Origin: Torpedo marmorata
Lineage: Eukaryota
Direction of reading: 5' to 3'
Assembly: GCA_977017645.1 (NCBI GenBank)
Contig: OZ360223.1
Coordinates: 209,374,001-209,438,000 of the forward strand
DNA: 64,000 nt
Below are positions 1 through 12,642 of this stretch, piece after piece. The notes below the pieces were generated by a model. It was not told the DNA's origin. It made no database searches and saw only the letters and a list, made by a program, of their open reading frames with translations. Every line of letters begins with the position of its first letter. Within the stretch, counting starts at the first letter, position 1. The position numbers and the translations under genes were made by a program.

Positions 1-199
1 GCGCTGGAGGCGAATCTATGGACACTCGGTGACTCTGGGGGGACTCTCTTTTGCTTCACTTTCTCTGACTGTAAGGAATGTAAGAGGCGCTTAGGCAATT
101 TCTGCCGGTGGCGAATCTGTCTGCCTTGCAGCAGGCAAAAAGAAATTTCATGGAATATGACACTGTTTTATTACTATGACAATAAATTGAATCTTGAAT
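1..199 (+). mobile_element. 3' end of the GC-rich non-autonomous element (runs off the window)
   Basis: Matches 28828-29025 almost base for base. Confidence 0.85.
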
Positions 200-212
200 G
201 TCAATCCCTTAT

Positions 213-466
213 GGGCGGCACTGTTAGTGTAGTGTTTAGCACAACACTGTTACAGTGCCAGCGACCCAGGTTTGAATCCGGCGCTGTCTGTAAGGAGTTT
301 GTACATTCTCCCCGTGTCTGCATGGGTTTCTTTCAGGTGATCTGGTGTCCTCCCACCCTCCAAAAATGTACAAGGGTTCTTGGTCAATTGGGTGTAATTG
401 GGCAGCATGGGCTCGTGGGCCAGAAGGGCCTGTTAACTTCTTGTATGTCTAAAATTTTTTTTAAAA
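213..466 (+). mobile_element. tRNA-derived V-SINE (HE1-like)
   Basis: Pol III B-box-like ggtttgaatcc, V-domain-like catgggtttc..cctcccac, tail tgtatgtctaaa. Confidence 0.8.
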
Positions 467-2034
467 TCCCTGAATTGAGGAGGCCATTAAGAGCTAATCA
501 CATGGCTGCGTATGTTGTTATCTGAAGAATGGCAAATCTTCTCCTCCGAACCACATCAATTGGTTTTTTTTAATGTTCTTTTACATAATTATGTGCATGG
601 CAGAATAAACGGAACCATTGCCTCCCATACTTTTCAACCAGCTGTTGCACAGATGATGTCATGGGTGAATTGTGGCACCTTTCCTGCATTATCTTCTCAA
701 CTGATGACACCATTCAAAGAAATAGTTCACAGAGAAAAAAATGACTGGGTGTGTGGTGGGCAGTAGAAACAATCATTTTAATTCTAACATCTACAGAGTA
801 TAAAGACTTTTTGAATGTCTGAATCAATGAAGGGACCCAATTGCTGGCAAGATCAGAAAAGATTCTTGTAAACGCAAGGATTACTTTAAAGGGTAACTTC
901 AAAAGATGGGCGGAGAAAGGTGTTGCCCTTTTGTAAGTAGATGCTGGAGCAAGGGATTTGTTTATAGTCTGTGCTTTTATCTTCCACTGTGAGCTATTTC
1001 AATGTAAATTCCTTCAAACCCTCCAGCCTAGACCTGGAGAAGATGAGGATAGCAGCAAGCAAGCATTCTCTCTGAACCTTGCTGCCGCCATCATCTGTTA
1101 GGCATCGAGTTACAGGGGCCTCCTGTGATTCAGTATTTACAAGGAAAGTCTACCATCTTCAAAATGAGGATGAGTGAAGCTTTTTATTTCCATTTTTTAA
1201 ATTCTACAGAACCAAATCTCCTAATGTTACTCAACAGTTATAGCATGACATATTTGGCTGCATGAACTACAGTGAACAGTCAAGACTGTGTGTGTCTGCA
1301 AGAAAGTTGGTACTCTCTTTACTTTTTTGGCTTCCCTGTCCCTAGGTAATGATAAGATTCTTGCTTTGATGTCAGCATGAGGCAGGTTTTGTCACGCATA
1401 CGCTGTTGTTTGACTAGTGTGGAAGGAATCACTGATAACTTTAAATTCCTTCCTAAATGAACAGCATTATTTTGCACGGATGGGTTTTCAGCATGCTAGT
1501 GTTATAAAGGATATTGCCACTACTGTAATATACTGAGATTCAAGATTATTAAATTATTTAACTTATTTTTAAGGTAGGTATTAGTATAGTCTATGGATAC
1601 TAAAAGCAATGTGTCTGAAAATAGGAGGAAAAATATCACAAGCAAAATATACTGGTCTCCCTATCCCAAAGGTATATATCAATTTCAGCTGCGGCAAACC
1701 ATAAGCTGGTCTCTGCTCTCCAAGGGAAGGACGATGAGTGAAGGGCAACACATCCTTCAGCCCTGGTGCTGGAGCATGTTGAAGCCCATCAGCACATGAA
1801 GATGAGGAAAGAGTGGGGAAGGGTGGGGGAGGTCTTGCAGACCCCAGGACGTTGATTAGAGGACTGGAACTGAACTGAAGTGGTAGGTGTGTTGAAATGG
1901 CATCACAAATTAAAACCTGAGCATTTTATGAGCATCATTCAAAATCCTTCAATCCATTAATGCTATAGTAACACAACTCCAGCTACTTATTCTTATCCAT
2001 TTATTCAAAACAGCAGTAACCTTGTGTTTGTGTT

Positions 2035-2280
2035 TTTTAAAATTGAAATTTGGACATATAGCACGGTAACAGGTCCTTCCAGCCCATAAGCCCGTGCTGC
2101 CCAATTGCACCCATTTAACCAGTACATTTTTGAAGGGTGGGAGGAAACGGGAGCACCCAGAGGAAACCCACGCAGACATGGGGAGAACGTACAAACTCCT
2201 TACAGACAACGCCAGATTCAAACCCGGGTCGCTGGCGCTGTAACAACATTGCGCTAACCGCTACACTAACCGTGCCTCCC
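2035..2280 (-). mobile_element. V-SINE (HE1-like)
   Basis: Reverse complement of the same SINE family. Confidence 0.85.
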
Positions 2281-3234
2281 ATAATAATAGTTTCTCCTGC
2301 AATTTCTATACTTGTCTATTTTTGTATTTCCTGAATTACAACAGGAATTACACATCAATAAATGACTTCATTAGAGGTAAAGCAGATTTGGACCTTCTGA
2401 AAGAGACATGAAGTGGCTGTACGATATTTTAGTGTGTGCACAGAACAATTAAAATAGAGCTTGGTTGGCATGATCAGCGATCTGTAACATGCCACATGAT
2501 TCATTAACTCAGCTGTTTATATTTGCAAAGTAATTTTAAAGGTGAGCCAACAGGCACCAAAATAATATGTGTGGACTGTCATCACAGAAGGCTATCAAAG
2601 CATTTCAAATCAGTCCACAGTAAAAATCAAGTGCATTATTGGAGAGTGGAGGATTTACTGACAAGGTGAGAGGGTGGATAGATGGGGCCGTTGTATCAGA
2701 AAGGAACAGGGCTATTTCATTTCACAGTTGTTTTCTGCTACTGGGGTTTTTAATGCTCTTTCTTAATTTTCCATTAGTCTCTATATCACAATATTATGAT
2801 CCTAGACTCATGAAACAATTGAGTTACATAGCCAAAAGATTTTGGAGAAATAGCAATCGCCTTTTCAAAGGCAAAATATTTATACACCATCAAGAAAATC
2901 TCTTGACTTAGCTTGATTACACCTCTGAAACACCTTCTGAGTTTTCTCTGAAAGGAACTATATATCTATAGGGATGGTCATTGTTACTTATTTTAAATAT
3001 ATATATTGTACCTTTCCAAGCTCAGGGAACACAAGAAGCAGTTTTCAAGTGTGGCACATTTTATAAAGTGGGATATGTGGCTGGCAGCTTGGAATTAGTA
3101 CTGGGATGGTGACCAGATTATCTGTTGATTTGAATAATGTTTTGAGAGATTAATATTTATCCAAGACTGAAAGAATTCTCCTTTTCTTCTTCTAAGTAAT
3201 GTCACGGATATTTTATATCCACCTGCAAGTGCAG

Positions 3235-3690
3235 ATGGGCCAAACACATGAACATAACAGTCAAGAAAGCACACCAATACCTCAATCTTTTTTTGAAGAC
3301 TAAGGAAGTTTGGCATGTTCTCCTTGTCCCTCAACAACTTCTGCAAGTGCACCATCAAAAGTATACTTGCTGGATGCATCACAGTGTGGATGGGAGATGC
3401 TTTGCTGAAGATCGGAAGTTACAGAAGGTACTGAATGCAGATCAGAACAACACAAAAACTTCCCTCCCCACCATGCATTACATCTAGGAAAGGCAGCCAA
3501 CATATCGAAGGACCATCGCATCCCAGACACAATCTCTTCTCCCTCCTCCCAATGGGGAGAAGCCTCATAAGTGTGAAAGCATGCACCGACAAGCCTACAA
3601 ACTCTTTATTCCCATCAGCCATCAGGCTCCTGAATGAACCCCACAACAGTGCTATCACGCTGCCCTTGTTTGGTGCTAATTGATCATTTA
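3235..3690 (+). mobile_element. Degraded Rex1-like LINE fragment
   Basis: KKAHQ.L, LQKVLN, HPRHNLFSLLP, NSLFPSAIRLLN. Confidence 0.75.
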
Positions 3691-5381
3691 TTTAATTGTA
3701 ACTCTTCACTCTGTAAATTATGCTTTTTAACTTTATATTGGCTACATGAATATTAAAGATAGCCTGTTGCATAAAACCCTTCTGTCTGTGACAAGTAAGC
3801 TTAAACGTAAAGATGGGGCATCAGTTAATGTCATTTCCTGAGCACTGCATTGAAGCAGGCTGGATTTTGGGTTTATATCCCTGGTGGGGAACTTCTTCAT
3901 CCTTCTGACTCAGTGCTACCACACAGTTGACACATTTGGCTTTGCAGAATGTTATGCATTCTACATTTCTCAATGTAAACTATGTCTGTAGCTTCCTTTT
4001 CCAAAAGAATCATTTTTTTTGGCAATTCCTTCCTGAAATTAGGTTTACTTTTCATGGTATTATTCACTGGGCCTTGGAAAAAGGCCTTGTGGTGACCCCC
4101 TCCCAGCCAATAGGCCTCCCACTTCTGCTGCCATAGTACGTCAGCTGCTGATGGATTGATTTATCATGTGAAGGTCAAGCCAAGGACTACTTTTATTTTT
4201 CCAAATTCAACAGATAGGGATGTGAAAGTCCCTTGAGCTCTGACTATTTTATCACTGTTTTCTTAAAAGATTACTTCCCACTGTACTCCATAAGCCTCAA
4301 ACAATATCCCCTACAATTTAATTTATTGGCAACTGTCAGTGACTCTTTGGAGACCAGAAAGGTTATGAAAATTAAAGTATCATGCTGTTTTTCTCTGGAG
4401 TTTGTGTTGTCTATTCCCACTCATTTTTAAAGCATCAGTTGATTTTTTAACAGAGGAAATGAACAAAGTATCTTGCAAATAAATAATGGAAGTTTTTGTC
4501 CAGCGATTTGAGATGTTCAGATATTGGTTTCTGGATAGATAAGATAGTGAGCTATTCTGAGGGGGGGGGGGTGGTGGTGGGTGTGTGTGCGTGTGGTAAG
4601 TTGATCTTTCTATCTTAAAGGCTTTCACCACCCTAAAATCATTACTCGAAGGTGTTAGAGAGAGGATATTACACACAACTATATAATCCATCAATCACAT
4701 GATCAGTATTGCAACTGATTGAAATTGAAATGTATTTGAAAAAAAATATATAACACTCAACATAATTACACCTGTTTCAATAAAGTTCCACATCTTGGTT
4801 TTAGCTTTAAACTTGAGGAATTCCCATTGCGTAAATTCACTAATGGATTGAAAAGATCATCTTGTTGAAACTGGTCAGTTCTACATAGAATCTCTCCTAG
4901 ATCATATCTCATTCATGCTGCTTCCACTTTTAAATTATGTGGTGCTAGTGAAATGGACTCCATTTTATTCTGTACTGAAAGCCTAGTTTGTTTTTCTTGC
5001 TTTTTTGTACCTTTGATTTTACATAGCTTCCATTTTGTGTTTTTTTTTGTTTAATGACAAATCTACTTAACAACCAATTCCACTGGTAGATTATAGTGAA
5101 ACGCATCAAGAAGATGGTTGTTTGTGCAACACCGCTCTTGGGCTTATGCTCAGTTTGGGAAAGAGAACAAAACAAAAACTGGAAAATGGGGAGGAAAAAG
5201 AACAAAAAGTACAAGTCCCCGACCAAGACCAAGTATAGCAAAAGGATTTTTTTGTTGTTGTTGGGGTGCTTGAGAACTCCAAAATATGAATATAATGTGG
5301 GCAACTTGAAAGAAGTAATTGTACAGGAACTGCAACTCCGATGCCTGACCTTCACACTTGTTATTTAAGTGAGACACTTAC

Positions 5382-5662
5382 AATAATGCCAGCTGTCCAA
5401 GGGTTGAGTAACAGAAGAGCGCAGACCAGGAACGTGCAGGCCAACACAATGCTGATGGTGAGCAGAAACCAGTGACGCAGGCCGATGTACTGTTCCCAAA
5501 ACAGGAAAGGGTAACCGTTGGGATAGCTGCGCACTCCCTTCTTGGAGAACTCCTCACATATCGCTCTGATGCTCTCGATAGCTTCAATGAAATCGGAGGT
5601 CTGCTGCAGGCCAGTCAGGTAGAAAGGGAACTGGGCAAACTCAATCAGCTCAGCAGCAGGAA
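5382..5662 (-). CDS. PTCH2: Patched 2 coding exon (exon 18 homolog, 281 bp)
   Basis: [18 protein letters not shown]...[22 protein letters not shown]...[10 protein letters not shown]; cccag acceptor, gtaag donor. Confidence 0.95.
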
Positions 5663-6734
5663 CTGGGTAAAAAGGGAAGGAGAAAAACAGTTCAGAGGTG
5701 AAATATTGGCAACAAGAATGGATTTTGGTGCATCTGTACATTGTACTTACGTATATGACATTAAACTTTCATATCATTTCACATCCCCTCATAACATATC
5801 AACATTTAAGCAAGATCACTGCTGAAACAGTGAGGTGGGTTTTCCATGCAGGCTCTTCATTACTGGTTAGTTACAAATCCAATGTTAATTATATTTCATT
5901 GTTGTAAAGGATGCAGGAAAATCTCCAGGATTGCACATAGCACCGTTTCAGAGAGTCACCGAAAGGTCCATCCTTACCTTTAATTAACCTGCATGGTAAT
6001 TGATTGCATTGACTGGAGCAGGTGGGGCGAAAGCGCGGTAAAATGGATTTGCTGTCAGAGTTTAGATGTGGCACGCCTGCCAGATGGAACAACTGAGTGC
6101 TGTCGACATGACATGACCATTTGGTATGGTCAGTGATGTCCAGATGACCTTCACAATGGGTCATGAGACTGTTAGATGCAGCCTCTGATTGCTTACAACA
6201 GGTGCTGAATGCTAATTAGGCAAAAAAGGTTCAACAGTAATGGAGAAAGCCGGCCAGAGGGCAGAACTGATGAGACAGGATGAGTGCTGACACAGCCTTC
6301 CGAATCCTGTTGAAAGTGCTGGACTCCAGCTGCATTCAGAATTTCTTGGGCCTCTTAATGCACCCTTCACCATCAGCCTCAGCTCTAACTCACTATATCT
6401 GGAGCACGAGAATAATCCGAGTTTATTTTCCCTCAGTGGCTTGATCCCTGGATAGATTTACCAACAAAGGAGGCACAAGAAAGCACAAGTGCCTGACCAC
6501 ATCAGGGTACCACCACATTGGTGTAATGCTGCCACTATTTTCGCAGCTGTTTGGTTTTGAAGTGATGAGGGACTTGGGGGGATTTTTATGTGGGATACAG
6601 AGCCACTCCCTTCTGCAGCGACATTGTGGACAAAGTCAGACTTACTTAAAAATAAATTCCAGCATGTTTAGTAGGAAGGATGATGAATCATGTGCGAATG
6701 GTGCCATTGTTTAATGAGCCACAGATTAACTAAG

Positions 6735-7040
6735 TGAAACACAAAAGTCAGCAGACGCTGTGATTGTAGTAAAATCACACAGAAGTGCTGGAGGAATTCA
6801 GCTGGTCTCACAGCGTCTATAGGAGGTAAAGATACCAACGTTTCGGGCCTGAGCCCTTCTTCAAGGTATAAGTAAAAAGCAGGCAGGCGTCTGAATTAGA
6901 CTAGTGAGAGAAAGGGGGAAGAATGGGAAGGGGAGGACTCCACACCAACAGACAAAAGATGTTAATTGGACATGATAAGAGGAAAGGTGAGAATTGATTT
7001 TGTCTCTGTGAAAGGAGACAGAGGGAAAAGGGAAAAGGGA

Positions 7041-7071
<31 letters not shown>

Positions 7072-7230
7072 CAGAGAACTAGAGGAAAGGAGACAGGGGG
7101 AAGAAGATTGGGGGGGGGGGAGGTGTTTAACGGAAACTGGAGAGGTCGATGTTAATGCTATCTGGTTAATGTTGCCCAGATGGAAGATGAGGTGTTGTTC
7201 CTCCAATTTGTGGATGGTCTCAATCTGGTC
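6735..7230 (-). mobile_element. Penelope-like 3' fragment with hammerhead-like tail and (GA)n tract
   Basis: Minus-strand LEEQHLIFHLG matches the PLE C-terminus (LEEQHLIFRLG); tail resembles 11560-11730. Confidence 0.8.
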
Positions 7231-7349
7231 ACAGATTAACTAATTTCAGAATAGCCACTACAGCAAGGTAAATTGGAATTCCAAAGTGGATTGGTTACCA
7301 AATCAAGTTTATATTCACTCAATTGAAGAACTTTTCTTTCATATTCAGA

Positions 7350-7620
7350 TAATCATGGAATTACAAACATGGAAACAGGTCCTTCAGTGCAACTTGCCCA
7401 TGCCAACCAAGGCACCTCCTTGAGCTAATGCCATTTGCCTGTATTTGGCGCCTATCCCCTACCATCTTTCCTATCTATGTATCTGTCTAAATGTATTGCA
7501 AACATTTTAATTATCCTCTAGCAACTGGCTCCATTTACCCATAATCCTCTGTGTGAAAAACATGCCCCCCAGGTTCCCTTTGAATCTTTCCCCTCTCATC
7601 TTAAACCTATGCCTTAGACT
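7350..7620 (-). mobile_element. Degraded CR1 3' fragment
   Basis: catggaaacaggtccttc...ctctgtgtgaaaaacatgccccccaggttccctttgaatctttcccctctcatcttaaacctatgcc resembles 54730-55000. Confidence 0.65.
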
Positions 7621-7804
7621 CGCCCACCCTCATGATTTTGCATACCTCTATAATGCCACCCCCTCAGACTCCTGCTCTGAGGGAAAACAGACCCAGTTTG
7701 GGAGAAATGTAACAATATGTCTCAGGATTATATCTAAAGGTTTTCTGGAGCAAATTGTCTTTGCTCACTTACATACAGATTCTGATAGCCCGCTCAGTAC
7801 ATAC

Positions 7805-7985
7805 TTCTCAAATTCTCTCCAGTTGTGTCATATCTGTCGTGAATCCATTCAGGTGGGTGAGGGTTGAAGTTAGCTTGAGATGCAGCATATCCCAGGGGGT
7901 CGTTGCTGACCCATGCTGTGAGATAGATGTAAAAGATATCAGGATTGATGATCCCATCCTCATCCACCAACCGTCTTGAAGACAA
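7805..7985 (-). CDS. PTCH2: Patched 2 coding exon (exon 17 homolog, 181 bp)
   Basis: [60 protein letters not shown]; the YDTTGENLR motif is PTCH2-type; tctag acceptor, gtatg donor. Confidence 0.95.
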
Positions 7986-8299
7986 CTAGAATAAAGGAGT
8001 AAATAAAGCAGTCAGTGAAACCTGCATGGAACATGATAAACTCGTGTAACAGCACATATGAGCACTAACTAGAGCAAAAGCTCCTGAAATGTTTCTAAAT
8101 TCACACATATTCATCTCCTGCAGAATGTGACATCTTTTAATTCTTATTTCACTCCTGCCTACAGACGTAAGTGATGTGGGAGTGGATTTATTTTATGTTG
8201 TGGTAGAATTTGTATTTGGGGAAAAAGAGTGTGTGAAAGCAGCAGAAACTCTTCCTGATATTTATGCCACTTAGGTTCACTCATACAGATAAGTGTACG

Positions 8300-11200
8300 A
8301 GGGACCTCCCCAACCTTCCCCCTCCCCCCAACACCCTCCACAACACCGATCCCCACTCTAACCCCTGCTTGGTTTTTATTATCCCCTCTGATCTTCCCCT
8401 CTCTGAGACAGAGCGCTCGGTCCTCAGTCGAGGCCTCACCTTCGTCCCCCTCCGCCAACACCTTAATGAGTTCCGCGCACGCTGCGATGCCAAACTCTTC
8501 TTCCGTCGCCTCCGCCTCCGGGCTCACTTCCATGACCGTGACTCTCCACCCCCCCACCCAAGACCCTTTCTCCCGCTTCAAGCCTTCTTCCTCTTCCTGG
8601 ACACCTCGTCCTGGCCAGCTGCCCGCTCTGGACCTTTTTATTTCCAACTGCTGCCGAGACATCAACCGTCTCAACTTTACCACCCCCCCCCCTCTCGTAT
8701 TCCAACCTCATCTCCTCAGAACGCTCTGCCCTCCACTCTCTCCGCAACAATCCAACCTCACCATCAAACCCGCAGACAAGGGCCGTGCAGTTGTGGTCTG
8801 GCGCACTGACCCCTGCCTTGCCGAGGCCAGTCGACAACTCTCAGACACCTCCTCCTACCGACCCCTCCCACGGGACCCCATCACTACACATCAAGCCACT
8901 GTCTCCAACACCATCTCCGACCTCATCACCTGCGGTCACCTCCCCCCCACGGCCACCAACCTCAATCTCTCCCACCCCCGCACTGCCCGTTTCTACCTTC
9001 TACCCAAGATACACAAACCCAACCATCCGGGCAGACCCAGTGTTTCTGCCTGCTCCTGCCCCACCGAACTACCGTAGTTTCATCTTACCTTGACTCCATC
9101 TTTTCTCCCCTGGTCCAATCCCTCCCCACCTAATTCTGCGACACCTCACATGCCCTCCATCTCCTCAATGACTTCAGATTCCCTGAACCGGACCACATCA
9201 TCTTCACAATAGATGTCCAATCCCTTTATACCTCTATCCCCCACACAGAAGGTCTGAAAGCACCTTGCTTCTTCCTGGACCAAAGACCCGACCAGTCACC
9301 ATCTACCACCACCCTCCTCCGCCTGGCAGAACCTGTCCTTACTCTCAATAACTCCTTCAACTCATCCCACTTCCTCCAAATCAAAGGAGTAGCCATGGGT
9401 ACCCGCATGGGTCCCAGCTACGCCTGCCTGTTTGTGGGCTTTGTGGAGCAATCCATGCTGCAAGCCTACACAGGCAAGGCCCCTCATCTCTTCCTCCGTT
9501 ATATCGACGACTACATCGGGGCTGCCTCATGCACCCGCGATGAGCTTGTCAACTTCATCCACTTCGCATCTAACTTCCACCCCGATCTCAAACTCACCTG
9601 GTCCATCTCCGATAACACTCTCCCCTTCCTGGATTTCTCTGTCTCCATCTCGGGAGACAAGCTTTCCACCTACATATACTACAAACCCACCAACTCCCAC
9701 TCCCAAAACTTGACGAAGGGTACCAAAATGGCGGCGCTGCCGGGGCCGCTGTAGCAGCAGTGCTGCCGCTGGTGTGGACCTGCGGGAAGCAAGGGAGCGG
9801 AGATGAGTCCAGCCGCCCAGTCGACTGCCGTCGGCTCCGCACGGGTTTTGAACGGCCCATTGAGGGAGCCGACGGTGGTTTTATTTGAGATCCTGCGGCC
9901 GCAGGGTCTGCGCCCAAGATGGCAGCGCCTATTAATCGGCAGCAGCCACGAGGGGCTGCAGACTCCGGGGAAGAGGAGGACTGGAGCAGGGCACCAGAGG
10001 ACGGAAAGATCACCCCCACCCCCCAAGGTCTGAGAAGGAGAAGCGGAGGAGACGACCCACGGGACGGTGACCACGGCGGCGGACCAGTGAGGGGCTCTGA
10101 GGCTGAAGGACCAGTGCATGCGGCGGGCTGCTGGCGACTCGAGGCGAAGGAACCCGTGGAGGCTGTGGGCTGCTGGAGACTGCTGTCGGGGGACTCACGC
10201 CGGGCTGCGGTCTACTGGAGACTGGCTCGAACTGGCTGGAGGAGTACCAGGTATCGGAACCGGGATGCGAGGGGGTGCCGAGGGCGCCGAAGGGTTCCTG
10301 ACCGTGTCGGAGGTTCGGATCTGGAGCTCGGGTTTCTGATGGTTTGGACTGGACTCTGTGTGGCTGCGGAGGCTGCGGAAGAGCTGGAGGCGAATCAACG
10401 GACACTCGGTGACTCTGGGGGGATTCCATTTTGCTTCTCTTTCTCTGACTATAAGGAATGTTAGAGGCGCTTAGGCAATTTCTGCCGGTGGCGAATCTGT
10501 CTGCCTTGCAGCAGGCAAAAAGAAATGTCATGTAATATGACACTGTTTTATTACTATGACAATAAATTGAATCTTGAATCTTGAACTATATGGACTACAC
10601 TTCCTCACTCCCTGTCCCCTGCAAGGATTCCATCCCCTTCTCTCAATTTCTCCATCTCCACCGCATCTGTTCCCAAGATGAGGTCTTCCAGTCCAGATCT
10701 TCTGAAATGTCTGCCTTCTTCCACAAACGTGGCCCTCACCCGCATCTCCTCCATTTCACGCTCATCTGCCCTGGCCCCCTCTGCCCCCAGACACAACAAA
10801 CATAGAATCCCCCTCATCCTCACCTACCACCCCACCAGTCTCCGCATCCAACACATTATCCTCCGGAATTTCCAGCACTTACTACAGGATCCCACCACCA
10901 GACATATTTTTCCTTCTCCTCCCCTCTCGGCCTTCTGCAGGGACCGCTCCCTCCGCGATTCCCTCGTGCATTCATCCCTCCCCACCCATCGCACCCCCGG
11001 CACCTTCCTCTGTCCCCGCAGGAGGTGCAACACTTGCGCCCACACCTCTTCCCTCACCACGGTCCAGGGTCCCAAACAGACCTTTCAAGTGAAGCAACAG
11101 TTCACTTGTACATCCAGAGAACCTATTTACTGCCTTTGTGGCATTCTCTACATCGGAGAGACCGGTCGTAGATTGGGAGATCGCTTCGCTGAGCACCTCC

Positions 11201-11732
11201 TCTCCGTCCACAACAACAGCGACCTCCCAGTAGCCAACCATTTCAATTCCGAGTCACACTCCCACACTCACATGTCTGTCCATGGCCTTATGTACTATCC
11301 CACCCAGACGACCCACAAATTGGAGGAACAACATCTTATTTTCCGTCTGGGCACTCTCCAGCCAGATGGCATTAACATTGACTTTTCTGCTTTCCACTAA
11401 ACCTGCTTGTCTTTTCCTTCCCCTCCCCCCTCACCTGTCCTTCCTGTTTTTTTCCACCCACCCAGCCATCCCTCCTCCCCCTCTTTGCTGCTGTCCCCTC
11501 CCTCCTTTCTCCACCTATCATCTCCTGCCTTTGCCACTCCCCCTCCCCCCCCTCATTCTTTTGTTCGGACGCCTGCCGGCATTTTCTCATACTTTGATGA
11601 AGGGCTCAAGCCTGAAACGTCGGTTATGTATTTCTACCTTTGCTACATAAAAGGCACTGTTTGACCTGCTGGTTTCTCCAGCATTTGTGTTTTTTACTTC
11701 AACCACGGTGTCTGCAGATTTTCGTGATTTAC
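8300..11732 (+). mobile_element. Penelope-like retroelement (RT + GIY-YIG), disrupted by stops/frameshifts and a nested insertion at about 9701-10584
   Basis: ORF pieces carry PLE motifs: LSRGLTFVP, IKPADKG, ARFYLLPKIHKP, MGTRMGPSYA, FLRYIDD, LPFLD and GIY-YIG-like LYIGETGRRLGDRFAEH. A pyrimidine-rich 3' UTR and hammerhead-like tail follow. 5' boundary approximate. Confidence 0.9.
9724..10584 (+). mobile_element. GC-rich non-autonomous retroelement, about 860 bp, nested in the Penelope element
   Basis: Starts aaaatggcggcg and ends tgacaataaa(ttgaatc)n; near-identical to 28188-29031. Penelope sequence resumes directly after it. Confidence 0.85.
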
Positions 11733-11752
11733 CTTTTAAATTAGAAGCTCAC

Positions 11753-11895
11753 CTGGTTATAGTTGAAGGCTTCTTTCTTATTTCCTGTTTGTATGAGTAA
11801 TTTGTAGGCAAGGATACCATCTTCTGAACCATTACGGTAACTCTCCCTGGTGATTTTGCCTGTCTGGCAGTCTTCATCAAATGCGTCCTGTAGTC
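11753..11895 (-). CDS. PTCH2: Patched 2 coding exon (exon 16 homolog, 143 bp)
   Basis: Read manually: GLQDAFDEDCQTGKITRESYRNGSEDGILAYKLLIQTGNKKEAFNYNQ; cacag acceptor, gtgag donor. Confidence 0.95.
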
Positions 11896-12417
11896 CTGTG
11901 TGAGCAAATGAGAAGAGTTGGTATTACACTTTTACAAATAGAAGTAAGTCCATTTCATCCTTTGGGATGGAGGAATATGGTTAATCTAATATTCTTAAGT
12001 GAGTACTCTTGACCTCATCATTGTCAAAAGTATATTTACCAAGTCTTCCAACTACAGTGAGGCTTTTGGAAAGCAATTGTCACCAAACCTAGTTTGGTTT
12101 TATTTAGGTTAATAGGTTTAGGAGTTTTTTCTCAGATTGCTACATCAGGTAGAAGCAATAAATTATTGCAGGTTACGTTACTCCTTACTGTCTATATGCC
12201 GTAACCTGGCCAAAAGAATCACTCACTCACTATACAAACATCTTACTTGTAATATGATAATTTCAGTCCAGCAAAAGCTGATCAGATTCTGTAAAGAAAG
12301 GTGCATTCTACTCTGCAAGGTTAATGCCCAGAAGGCAAAAGTCTATCCTTAATTTTCACTTTCACATCTGCACTTTCAATAGTTTCCAGTCCTGCACTAA
12401 CTTTATGAAAGTAAGTA

Positions 12418-12642
12418 CAGTAAAACCCCCAGATTCCAGCACCTATGGGGATTGGTATGTGCCGGGTAAGTGAATTTTCCGGTTGCTTGAGATTGCATGT
12501 GGCCTGATTGGTGAACTATCGGCAAGGTGCGCCAATTTGAAACTTCCGTATTTTTTACCTACTTATTTTCCGCAATTCTTTTTGCCAGTTGCTTGAGGCT
12601 GCTGCTTGCTTGAATTCTGTCCGGATAACAGGGGTTTTACTG
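12418..12642. mobile_element. Tigger/pogo-like MITE
   Basis: 12-bp terminal inverted repeats CAGTAAAACCCC...GGGGTTTTACTG; TA on the left flank, CA on the right. Confidence 0.75.

Noticed and set aside
1-5380. Search for exon 19 (VELFG..GIKLSA..GVEFTVH)
   Set aside because: No matching translation seen; a VLMG near 1790 is coincidental. The gene presumably continues beyond position 1.
11282-11664. Duplicated 122-aa and 85-aa proline-rich ORFs (also 13326-13708)
   Set aside because: Alternative frames of the Penelope C-terminus and pyrimidine-rich UTR; the duplication reflects the repeat.
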